From Haplodiscus bocki (lineage: Eukaryota): a stretch of 64,000 nucleotides of DNA. Where the stretch lies: assembly GCA_965655095.1 (NCBI GenBank), contig OZ296650.1, positions 53,196,001 to 53,260,000 on the forward strand, read 5' to 3'. The translations under genes were made by a program, and so were the position numbers. Of this stretch, positions 13,601 to 24,800 are shown in pieces. The stretch's first letter is position 1; each line of letters starts with the position of its first letter. The notes under the pieces were generated by a model, which was given only the letters and a program-made list of their open reading frames with translations, did not search any database and was not told the origin of the DNA.

Positions 13601-16600
13601 CTACGACTTCCTCACGGGTCCATTACTCCTCAGTGTTCACTCTCTCAGCAGTGATCACTAACTGGGATCACAGCTTCTGCATGATCTCGTAGCGGTTTCT
13701 CTTGTGTCTCAAACCACAACATTTTGTTCCGCGCAAACTGTCGACCCCCTGGAAAAACCGTAGAACTTCGTTTGGCCGATGCATCAAAAAAAAGACTTGT
13801 TCCCAGCAAATCCTACAAAAGAAAGTGCTTGGCTTGTTGGAGGCGTCAGTACGCCCACTACCAAAACATCAGCTCCATTATTTGTTCCCAATTTGTAAGT
13901 TTTCTTCGACATGACTCTGCACCGCCCCACAAAAGTCAGATTTTTCAATAATAGTATCTGAAGTTTCCAATACTCGCTGTGGTCCCTGTGATGACTCCTG
14001 CTTCAGCCTGTCCAACACTTCATTCATTTTTGCCAGCAGAATAAATACATTGTAGACAAACCGCTAATTGCCGAAAAACATGTGTGGAGGAAAAAACTAA
14101 CTTCTCATCAGTGAGTTCAGCAGCTGAGCTTTATCCTCGTTGCGGACGGAGCGACACAATGACATAATCTGATTTCAAAAAGCATGAACAACAGTGGCAG
14201 CAGGATCGGAGACAAAATGATCTAAAAGACAAAATTGAAGCAAATTTCGAGCCAATCAGGGACAATATTAGAACTTTCCTGTTTTGATTACAGCAATAAT
14301 TTACAAGCGCCTGCTCCGGCAACTACCGACTACAACTCCAACCTTGGAAAGCATCAAGAACTCCATGCCGGGCCCCAGCCACTGAAACCAGGAATGTGGT
14401 AACGAATGCGTCGCTGCCCCTCGGCTGATCTTCAATTTCCACACCAGTCGCTTCGTTGTCTGTTCCGGTGACTGTAGGAAAGCACTCGGCACCACATGGA
14501 GGAAACAAGTAACATACAAACACTGCTTTGAATGAAACCCTAAAATACAGAATAGAGAAGCACAAACTCTCGGAAATAGCAGTGAGAGTATTCTTTCGAT
14601 CGTTGCTTTTTTGGTTAAATACCTCCAGAGTGGAAGCAGTCGCTTGAAACAGGGAAACTGAGATGTCGATTCGAGAATTTGACGCTTTATCCAAAGGAAC
14701 CAAAAGGTCCCCAAATGAATTATGCACTAAAATACAACAACCTCACTAATTCATCTTCATGTTTGAGCGCGCGCAGCATAACTAGCCTACTAGAAATTTA
14801 TGACTGGCCAGCAAGGACTCTCATATATTAGATTAACGAAGAAATGTAAAGCCGAAGCACTCACATTGACGAGGTCCAGATATGTCATCAACATCCTCGA
14901 ACAAAGTCTGTACTTCCAGTTGTTTTCTTCTGACATTTTTTTAAAAAAAGGAATCCATGGGATTCAATGAGCGAGCAAGAACGACGACATATTTATCGTC
15001 AATGCCAGCTTCCGTAACAGACTCTGTCTCATACACATCATCATTTTTGTCTATGGTGAGACCTCTAACACAAGAATCCTCAACAGTTAGCACACGCCTC
15101 AACTCTATTGTCTATTCCGGAACTAGAAAGGGATGATCTTTGCTTCTCTTTGCAGGTATTTTCTCTTCGGCAACATCTCGGGACACTGGAGAAGCGACAG
15201 CGACTTCACTTTCAATATCAAGTACAGCCTACTGTGTTCCTGCTCGCGATGAGTTTGTGTATTCAAGCAAAATCACCCACTTTTCGGACATTCGAATATA
15301 ATAGCAGGAAGTGGGTATCAAAGGTTGGATTTGCATAAATTTTGATTATTACTCTAGATATGTACTTTCTTAAGAATTTATTCGGCAGCAACGACGTCAA
15401 CTTGAACTTTCATGGACACGCTAAGGAAAGATACTCAAGCCTTTTTCTGCAAAATTCTTTTAATCAGTAGGTTTGTTTGCACACCTTTGCCTTTGGGTTG
15501 AATCACTCGGGTGCCTCAGTTTCACTTCTCACCGCGGATACCACCAAGGAACTCCCTGCTTGAAATAAAGCAACTAACTTTTTCTGTAAACACTTCGTCA
15601 TTTATTAAAGTCTTTTGCCTCAAATCAGCAGTTCTCATTAGCGAATCGAAACCTTCAGCTGTGATCCACGTCCAGTTGTCAAAATCAAAATCTGTTGACT
15701 TCGAAGTTTTCCATTCCGACCAATAGTGAAAAGAACAGAGCTCACCGAAAAGACCTTCATCATAAGTAATAATTTCCGCAAAATAACTAGGAGCCGCGGG
15801 GATTGGAACTTTTACAGTCCTCTACGTAGCATCTCCGAAACCCGAAAGGTTCACGATTGAATTGGAAAGAGCCACCAACTCCTCAATGCTATGGGAGACA
15901 CAACCCTGTTATTCCTTGTAGTCTGAGATTTAAGATTCTGCCATTGAACTTGTACTGTGTGATGATTCCAGATTCACCAAGGCAGGAAACGGAGACACAA
16001 ACGGAGCCGCCACCCTATTTTGACTGCCTTCCAATACTGGCCCCTTCAGATGCTTTTGCTTTCCAACGCCGTCAAGGAGGACCAATACAATAGGTGTGTG
16101 GTCCACTTCTTTCAGATGTCAGCAGATTTTCTTTTCGTGCTGCAAAGAGAAGTTCTCCTCCACCCCCCCTCCCACCAACATTATATCAGAAGAGAGAAAT
16201 GAGTCTGGAAATGTTCCGTCTCAGTTTATTGAATTGTCGTAGCTCAATTGAGAACGCTGCCGGCACTCGATGGTGAAAAAAAAGACCCAATCTCAGACCC
16301 TCAGGGGAAATGAAGGACTTCAAAACAAGATGACCGACTTCATTATCTTGTTTTCTGTTATTTTGTTATAACCGATCCGTATACATAAACGGAACATATC
16401 AGTAGACTGATTCAGACTAGGACGGAGATGTTGCGGAGCGAACAAATTTTCAAACAAAATCTTGACGTAAAAAGGTACTCGCTTAAAAGTAATTTGTTTG
16501 TGTATACCATTCGAATCCGCCTTTTTCAGCAGTGTAATTAAAAAGATTGAGTTGCAAAAAGTGTCATTTTACACAATGCGCTAAAAGTTTAATTCTGGAG

Positions 16601-17079
16601 CTTGAAAACTTTGACAATTCTCGTGATAACCTAAAGACTTTCAGAAAAATTAGTCAAATCAAGAGTTCAGGATTGATGCAATTTCGACTTTGAAAACTTT
16701 TCATTTTGAAAAGTACCCAGCAAATTGCCTTCACATTGAGCTCCTTGTTGTGGTAACGGGAGTTTTGTGTAAAAACACATATTTTTTGGTGATAACTCTA
16801 ATTTCGGGCAAATTTTAGAATCATATGTTTTGGCATCACCCAATAAGCCTTCAGAAGCATCCAAAACTCACTTGAGTTCATTCACGCCCTTCAAATGGTT
16901 CTTAGGAAGTGACCAAAGGTACAAGAGTTGCCAAATCACGAACTTGTTTGTTGAAGCTTCCACTTTTTCACCTTCTTTCCACAGCAAACGCCATGAAAGC
17001 TAAAAAGCATTCGCAAAAGTTTTCCACAGTGTTTTCTACCTCCCAAATTTTTCGAAGCGAATCATCAGAAAATACCCAG

Positions 17080-17499
17080 CTAGGTACAGTGGGTGCTGTC
17101 GTTACCATTTAGTGGGTCGGAGTTTCGTGTCGTCTGGCTCCACAAATGGCCCGTTTCAGAAAGAAGATCATTCTGAGAGTCATCCCCATTCGTTTTCTGG
17201 TTTAAGCCATATGCATTCCGAGGCCTCTCCGGAGTGGTTCCGGAGTAGCCATGAACTAGTGGGTTGATGAGGAAGTCGTCAAGACGTGATAACGCGGCTA
17301 ATATGCGGTTTTCTCTCCTACTAAACACCTGAGACAACTTCTTTGTGACTCTTCTCTCAATTTTCACAGACACTTGAGTCATTTAGTCTTCTTGGGTTAT
17401 GAGAACATTCAAGTTTTGTGCAAATTTGCTCCAAGGATGTTCCTCACATTTTTCGTTGTTCAACGCTGCCGTTTTTTTCTTGTTTGTAAGTGTTGCCAT
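17080..17499 (-). pseudogene. Isolated 5' fragment of a gag-like ORF of an LTR retrotransposon
   Basis: Reads MATLTNKKKTAALNNEKCEEHP...ITQED*MTQVSVKIERRVTKKLSQVFSRRENRILAALSRLDDFLINP with one internal stop. I recall this as the N-terminus of the gag family seen at 5000-5900 (recall only). It is truncated at ~17080. Confidence 0.6.
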
Positions 17500-18460
17500 T
17501 TTCTACGGGAAAAGTGACCGTCAGTGATTAAATATTGATTGTTTCACTGAAGAGAAACCAAATTGTTGTTTTACAATTTTTTTTATTGGAGATAACAATA
17601 CTGGGTATTATCGTCAGTACTACAGGAAGATAACAAAATTCAGTTCTTCTTGCTTTCCTTTCTCCTACTTGTACCTTTTCTTTGGCGGGAAACATAGATG
17701 TTTACACGCCAAGTCAAGGTACGAATAGGGAAAAGTACTTTACAAATCACAACATCAAAGTCAAAAAGCCGACTCTAGCGGGAAGTAAACAACTTTTCCA
17801 TCCATCTCGTCAATCATAGGACGCAGTTTTTCCATCTATCGACAAAAAATGGATGGACCTAATCCGTCACAGACGGATATGAAAGTGTTTTTTCCCCGGG
17901 CCGACATATTGTTTACAGTTTGAGAAAGTTTCTTCCATAAATGGGAAAACATTATATACCTCCTCTAGTCAAGAAACTAAAATAAAAAGAGAAAATGCAT
18001 GACTTTAAGTGTGAAAACTTTAATATTGTATGACGGAAACAATGTGAAACTTATAATTAATTGTCATCCTCGTGCTCACATCATCGCTATTTTTAGCATT
18101 TCATCAGTCTTTACTCTTTAGAAATGAGGAGAAACTAGTAGCACTACTAGTTTATTCCTAATTCGTACAAGTAGTGAGTAGTGGTTTCCGGATAATTCCG
18201 TAATCACTAGTAGTGGTAGTAGTTTGTGCTCAAATGAGGAGTGCATCCGGATTCACTCCGTATTAACCACAGCACAGTATAGTTAGAATAGTATGGGTGA
18301 CATCATCAGACTAGTAGCGACGGAACACGTAGGTTACGAATTTTCACTTCGAGAGTCAAAACACTTAAAATCAGTCAGTCTGCTTATAGTATCAATCTGT
18401 TTACAGTCTGAATTCAAACTGCACTTATGGTTAGTCACTGATTTAAACAGGCTTAACTTC

Positions 18461-18694
18461 AAAAAGGGGGGTTTATTTTTTATACGTAGATAAATATATT
18501 GTTATAAAAATAGCATCTTTTAGGTTAACAATACTTTATGAATCCTTCTTTGTTCCGTAACGGTTCTGTCCTAGTCCGGATAAGTATGATTCCCTATAAA
18601 CACGTACCAACATACCTGTAAATTTGTTGTGGATACGTATTAGATACGTATCCGTATATACGCACAATAGATAAACATGCGTTTTATAGTAACA
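18461..18694 (+). repeat. Possible polypurine tract plus short 3' LTR
   Basis: AAAAAGGGGGG at 18461-18471, then a segment with TGTTATAAAA (18500) ... TTTTATAGTAACA (18694) inverted termini. No partner LTR or clean TSD found. Confidence 0.3.
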
Positions 18695-20849
18695 ATTTAG
18701 AGTTTTGGTTAATATTATAAAATAGTTGAGATTGTTCTGAGCCTTAGGGAGTCGTTCGTAATTATGGCAGCTGGCCGCATGCGTCGCGGGTGTGCTGCGC
18801 CAGGTGCTTACTCTTAAGCGCGTTGTCCAAAACTTGTGGCGTTATCAAAAAAAAGGTAAAAGATTTTTATGGCCAATGAACGTTGCAATTATACTATGAG
18901 GAAGTGCGTTCAAAAACTCTTGAAAATTGCACAAGCTGCCTGATCCATCCGCTCAACGCTATCTCACGGAAGTATTGTCAGTAAAGTTGCCAAGTGGGAT
19001 CAACATTTTGTAGACACTTTTTCCTGAACAGCAAACGCAATGGATCCATGAGCAGAAACCGCAACTTGAAATTCTTTGCTTGACATCATTAGGAGCCAGT
19101 CAGAAGAAGAATTGTTTTATGACAAAACGATGACACCTGAAAATCATGAACTTTTGGTAATTGGAAGTAACTCTGCGAAAACACTTTTTTCATTTCCAAC
19201 TTCGCATCTGGAGATTATTTTAGCACTTCCATTAAACTCTCAAAAACATCAAGAATATATTAGATCGGATTTATGCAGTAAACAAGGCTCTGAGGCAGTG
19301 CTCGGATGTACTGTTTCCACCAGACGACCGAAATAAAAGTTGAGAAAGAACAAAATTTTTCGTCTTTTCCGCAGAGACAGGAGAAAAACGTAAGTGTCTA
19401 GGAACCTGCTAGAATGAATAAACAGAATTTAACTCTCCAAGAACCACAGGACCTCAGAAGTTCGTCTTTATCGAACGGTTTCCTGTGATAAGACAAAATC
19501 TGAAAAAAAGTTTTTGTGAAAGTTTTTTGCGCAAAATGTCTTGCGCTATGCTTGTGGGGAGCACAAAAACGCTTAAAATGAATACTGTACTATACTGTAC
19601 TCGTGAATGTTTTATCGCAAGCGTAGGTGATCCATATCTAATGTCTTTTGCAATATTATCAAAATAGCACTTGAAAAAAATTTAGAGCATCCTGTAAACT
19701 AATGTAATCATCATTTAGAGGAACGTTATGAACATCCCACCGGAACAAACTGTCTAGCGATGCCTGTTTTCTGGTTTCATGTTAGAATGCCACACGGACG
19801 TACCGAAAATTATAGGAGGACCAACCAAAAAAATTTACAATTGATGGAAGAAAGAAAAGTTTCCGACAACACACTCTGCCAAACTTTCGGCAAAAGTACT
19901 TTTCCAGCCCGCAAAATCAATCCAAGCTGTACGATCATTTTGGACGGTTTGCTCGAAGTATATTTAAAGTGGCAAGTTCTAACAAGTTGAAAACCAGTTA
20001 TCTCCAAAATTTGGGAATGAAGGTCAATTTTGACAACCTTAAGTGCCAAAAAGTTTCGAGAAAAACTCGGAATGTTTCTCTCACCTTCGACTTTCGTCTC
20101 TTGTCTCATGAAATTCGAACAACTCATGGGTGGAGCGATTTAGGCCGTTTCCAGGCTTTCACTGAGGTAAACAAATAAGGATATGGAAACCTCAGAGTTT
20201 TCGCAGTTTTTTTTCGCTATAACCCAAGAGAAAGAAAACAGCGCAGGATCTACTGACACCCCAAAAGGTCTATCTGACACCTGACAGCTAATGAACGTTT
20301 GTTTTTTTAACCAAGGCATTTTCACGCCTTGCGGCTGGTGATATCTTCGAAAAAATGATTTTTTTTTAAAATTTGTTTTGCGTACTTTTCCGCTGAAACA
20401 CCGCTGAAACACCGCAGAGGGAAATCAGCGAAACCTGTCGTGACGCACAATAAGGTCAACCTGACCGTTGACAGTTTTTCAACCAGTAATTCGTTCCAAC
20501 CAAGGTACTCGCACGCCTAACACGAAGTGACTTTCTCGGAAATCATTAAAACCCACCGTAAGCAATTAGTAGTGATGCCGGTGGAATTCGACGATTTGCC
20601 GTGAAAATTTTCGGAGCCTTCAGTTTGTTTCTGCTGAAACCTTTCCGGCGAAAGTTTTTCGGACGCCAGAATATCGGGAAATGGTCTCGTGCAACCTTCT
20701 TGTACAGATTTTCTAAAAACTAGAACGCTCCAACCTTTACGCTCGGAGATTAAACGCTTCCAAATCCAGAGACGCAGAATGCATGTCATAACAAATTGTC
20801 ATTAGAAGTGAATATGTAAATTGGAAAAATGAGTTTGAAAAAAAAATCA

Positions 20850-21300
20850 TCACTAGCCTTTGATTTTTCTCGATTCCATATAAAAAAGAATGGCAGAAAA
20901 TAGTAAAGAGAATTAGAGAGAGGAGACGCCCTTCCAAAAACTGCTCAATGACTAAAACTTGCTCCGGTTGAGGGCAACGTCTTAACCCCAACGAGCATGA
21001 GAGAAACTGAAATTTCCAGGTATTGTACCTTTTGGAAACTGAAAAAAAACATAACTTTGAACTCAGCGCGTTATCGTTGCAATAACAAAGCAGATTTCTG
21101 CTATTTTTCCTCCCGCTGACATATAGTTTTTAATTGCTCCAAGATCATGCATTTGCAGCCTTCTTTGTTTCCCAAGTGAGTTAGTTGATCAACATAACAA
21201 CGTACACACTTCTTGTTTTCCATACAAGAAGGATGAAAAAAATTTTCAACTCTGATGATGTAATACGGGCTGTTACTAAATTTGAGGGGGTTCAAATGCG
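20850..21300 (-). pseudogene. Probable Mutator-like (MULE) transposase C-terminal relic
   Basis: ORF 21101-21295 KKCVRCYVDQLTHLGNKEG resembles the MULE KE.FV..W.D...H.GN..T...E motif. Downstream SLGLRRC resembles the SWIM-type GLPCxH. Confidence 0.4.
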
Positions 21301-21472
21301 TTTCAAATAGCCAACTGCTTTATAACTGACTGTGCTATTGAACGAAATTGCATTGCGCGTATTTGACTTCGGCTGATCGCTCGAAAACCTAACGTAACCA
21401 AATCTCGCTTCGTAAGCCAATAAACTTTGAGGAAAACTCTAAATTTGGTTAATAGAATAATCGGTGAGTCTT

Positions 21473-21722
21473 GTCCGTTATTTCCCCCCCCCCCAGCCCT
21501 ACTGACAAAATTCTTAATTCCCCCCTAGCTGATGCTCAGCTGAGCAGTATGGTTCAAGTTTCTGTTTAATATAAAGTTTTTGCAAATACCTGTTTGTTTA
21601 CTTTAACTAGCTTCAACAAGCAGTCAGCTTCTTGGAAGGTACTTTAGATTTGTGAATTGTGTGCACTGTCTACTGACTCGCAAAAGATCTATTCAGCAGA
21701 CACCGCGAGAATCTGCCGCTCG
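21473..21722 (+). repeat. Truncated sibling copy of the MITE at 22025-22355
   Basis: ~210-bp direct similarity to 22033-22257 (C-run-AGCCCT ... TGCTCAGCTGAGCA ... GATTTGTGAATTGTGTGCACTGTCTACTGA ... ATTCAG). It lacks the G-rich right end. Confidence 0.85.
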
Positions 21723-21942
21723 CAGAAAACAGCAGAATTGGCAGAATTAGGCAATCACAGCAGACTTAGCAGAATAGAAAGTTTCATTCGAAAGACACGC
21801 CAACACGTCCTAACTAAGCTTTGCGTCAGTTTTTGGAATTCGGTCTCCAATGAGAATTAATTTTTGACATTTATATCTGAAATAGGATTAATTCTGATCA
21901 ATAAATTGATTGCTATTCATTAATGAAATGATGACTATTCAT

Positions 21943-21997
21943 ACAGTCGAAATTGAATGTTCGGTCTCAAACAGTCGAAATTGAATTTTTGGTCTTA
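21943..21997 (+). repeat. 28-bp tandem duplication
   Basis: ACAGTCGAAATTGAATGTTCGGTCTCAA followed by ACAGTCGAAATTGAATTTTTGGTCTTA. Confidence 0.85.
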
Positions 21998-22024
21998 TAG
22001 AGCCGAACTTCGGGAACTTATCTC

Positions 22025-22355
22025 GGGTTTTTTTCCGTTTCTTCCCCCCCCCCCAGCCCTGCTGAGAAATTAATATTTCCAACCCCTAGCTGATATGCTC
22101 AGCTGAGCAGTATGGCTCAGGTTTCTGCTTAATGAGGTTATTGCAAACACCTGTTTGTTTATTTTAACCAGCTTCAGCAAGCAGTCAGCTTCTTGCAAAG
22201 TACTTGAGATTTGTGAATTGTGTGCACTGTCTACTGAGACGCGAAAGACGTATTCAGTGAAGAAATACTTGTACACTGGTAGCAGCATCTGCAGCTTCGA
22301 CGGGGAGGGGGAATAATCCGCTGGGGGGAGGGGGAGGAAGAAACCGAAGGGTCCC
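22025..22355. mobile_element. Non-autonomous DNA transposon (MITE), 331 bp, GGG...CCC termini, 8-bp TSD
   Basis: CTTATCTC at 22017-22024 and 22356-22363. Imperfect TIRs GGGTTTTTTTCCGTTTCTTC(n)CAGC and GCTG(n)AGGAAGAAACCGAAGGGTCCC. Confidence 0.7.
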
Positions 22356-24059
22356 CTTATCTCACACAGCCGAAAAGAACTTATCAACAATACAGAAAAA
22401 ATCTAACTACAACAATATCTATTTTTTTTTTGAGGTCTCCGGTCCACGTTAAGGTAAAGTTTGCGCCTAATATTTAAAATTTTGGATCTTTTCTATTCAT
22501 TCCCCACTCCAACTGAATTAACCCCCCCCCCCCCCCCCACGCACAAGTGAGCTCATTGTACTCTTTGTACTCTAATTATTCTAAACAAGTTCCAGGTTCC
22601 GAAATTTCATCAGATGAAAGTTCAAAAATCTCCAAAAACTTACCATTGGTGACCGTTTCCCAAAAATGCCAGAGTACTACCGTCACAATTCCTATGGAAA
22701 TTATATCAACAAAAAACACTCATCAAAACACATTACAGGCTCAAATTAAACCGGCTACAACATCAAACCCAAAAAATAACATCGAAGCAAGTAGCAGCAA
22801 CTCCTCAACATCAAGTTTTGCTTAATGTTCCACCACGATCATTTTTTTCACGATTTCGCTGCACTGCTGCATTACCAGAACCTAAAATCGATACTCCTGA
22901 AGAGTTGTTCAACTACTACAGCATCTCCAAACCATATTTCACAAGGAGCTCAATCCCAACTTGGATCTTATATTCCTACAACTGCTTCTAGAGTAAAAAC
23001 CGTAAACCAACATTTGCGCCTAGATTTTAAAACTTCTACCTCATTTTTCAAGCACTATTGGACACAAAAATAAAGTAAACTTCCAGTTAGTCCAAACTGT
23101 TCAGTCTACTAGTCACTTAAGACTTCCTGCAAACATTTGAATTCGAGTGTTATCGTCAACAAATAGTTGCTCACAACCTAAAACTACATCCATATCTTTT
23201 CATTATATTTTTTATTATAAATTATAATTTTGTAATAATTTTCCATCTATAGTTCAAAGTCAATGTCACTCATTTAACACAAAACTGTTCTTCTCTAGCC
23301 CCCAATAAAACCAGCTTTTCCTCTGGACCGGCCCACTGAAAACAAAACACAGTTGTATATCCCAACACTTTTAGAATAAATTTACAAAACGAATAATTCT
23401 TACTTAACTTTCACGAGTTTAACTAAAAGCGAAACAAGAGTTGCAGTCCCACTGTGATATTTTCCGTCAATTTGGCACGTAAAGGATTGCTCGAACAAAC
23501 AACACAACACTTTTTTACGAGTGCAAAAGGACATCTCGAGCCGTAGGACTTTTTCGTAGGACTTCGAGCCGGAAGCTTTAGAGAAATATCAGTTTGAAAA
23601 CCGACAAAAAAGAGTAACCATTGGATTTTTTCGAATGTTCACGCAATCAACATTCCATTTTAGGAGACCCAATCAGATTTTGTTCTACCTAAGAGTCTTC
23701 GAAATTAAATCACCATCTTTTGAGACCTTAATAAAAGAATTCAAACCTGTAGTGTTCAAGAAGGACGAATTGCAATGTCAACCTATCTGAATATTAGTAG
23801 TAATTTTGCCACTTTCGTTCAATTAGGTCTCCATTTCTGATGTAGGGGACAAATTTCATGATATCTTGACGTTAAAAAAATTACCTGAAGTAAAAAGCTA
23901 TCGTTTGACACTTTGATGAAAAATGAAGATGCTAGAGATGAAAAATTGACTCTGGGTATCAAGGCATGATAAGACAACCAGCAATTTCCTCCCTTCACTG
24001 GTGCATCAGCTTTACACAACACAGAACAAAAAGATTGGTTTTCAAGTTAATTTCAAAAC

Positions 24060-24800
24060 GGAAGTATGAAGCTTCAATGAGATCGGGAAGAACGAAACCA
24101 AAGTTCTGGAGAAACACGAGTCTGAATATGAAAATGAGTCGGTTCTGATATTATCTCCGCCAGTTTGTGAACATCAAAAGCTAAATGCAGGAAAAGGATT
24201 GATTGTTTCTGATTGAAAGCTCCCTAAAAAAGCTGAAACTTTTAGATTGTTACGTTGGTGGAGGAAAACAAGCCTAATGTACTGGAGCAGTACTAGTTTG
24301 AAGAAAGAGACTCATCAAACTTTAAAGGTTTTCTGAATTCTAGGACTATCCGGATGCCAATGTCAGAAACAAACACAAAAAATGTCAAACGGGTGTTCCA
24401 TTAAAAACAGAAAATCTAGGTTCAGATCTTGAAATGAAAAAAGTCAATGCATATGGTTAACATTGATTTCGTTCATCAAAAGATGTCAAAACTGTTACCA
24501 GCTCCTGAACAAAATCGCAAGGTCAAAACTCTATTTCGAAAAACAAATTTACGGCCATTGACATCTAAAACTTTTCCAAGACTGAAGAATGACAATCGAG
24601 ACCTTAATGAAGGAAATTAAGGTGGTAGATATGAAAAAAAGCAGCTTGAAGCTCTTGATGAATCAAAGCTAATGGCACAAATGAGGTTTTGGACAAGAAG
24701 AAGTCTCGTCCCAGTAATCAAAAGAGTTTTTTTGGAAAGAATTGCCTTCCACACATAGAAGTTCCTGAATTGAAAACATGATGGCAGGAATCAAATCTGA
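24060..24800 (+). pseudogene. UL9-like (origin-binding protein) superfamily-2 helicase relic
   Basis: Across frameshifts, in order: EASMRSGRT (cf. RAPMGSGKT), SVLILSP (SVLVVSCR), LIV.IESSL (LIVQVESL), IVTLVEE..NVLEQY (VLVLDEVMSTLGQL), PDANV (MDAT), W...PVIKRVFLERIAFH (W...T.GLSFD..HFD), and a MMxxI segment at the QxxGRxR position. Confidence 0.65.

Noticed and set aside
4400-17499. Idea that the gag 5' fragment (17080-17499, minus) and the gag-pol at 5000+ are one element split by an inversion
   Set aside because: 4400-4900 may hold its own very decayed gag N-terminus, the two pieces seem to differ in divergence, and no breakpoint signature is visible.
18743-18900. TTAGGGAGTCGTTCGTAATTA, resembling a Harbinger-type TIR
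   Set aside because: No matching inverted partner or TWA TSD pair found.
22522-22538. Poly-C tract
   Set aside because: Simple homopolymer with no associated structure.
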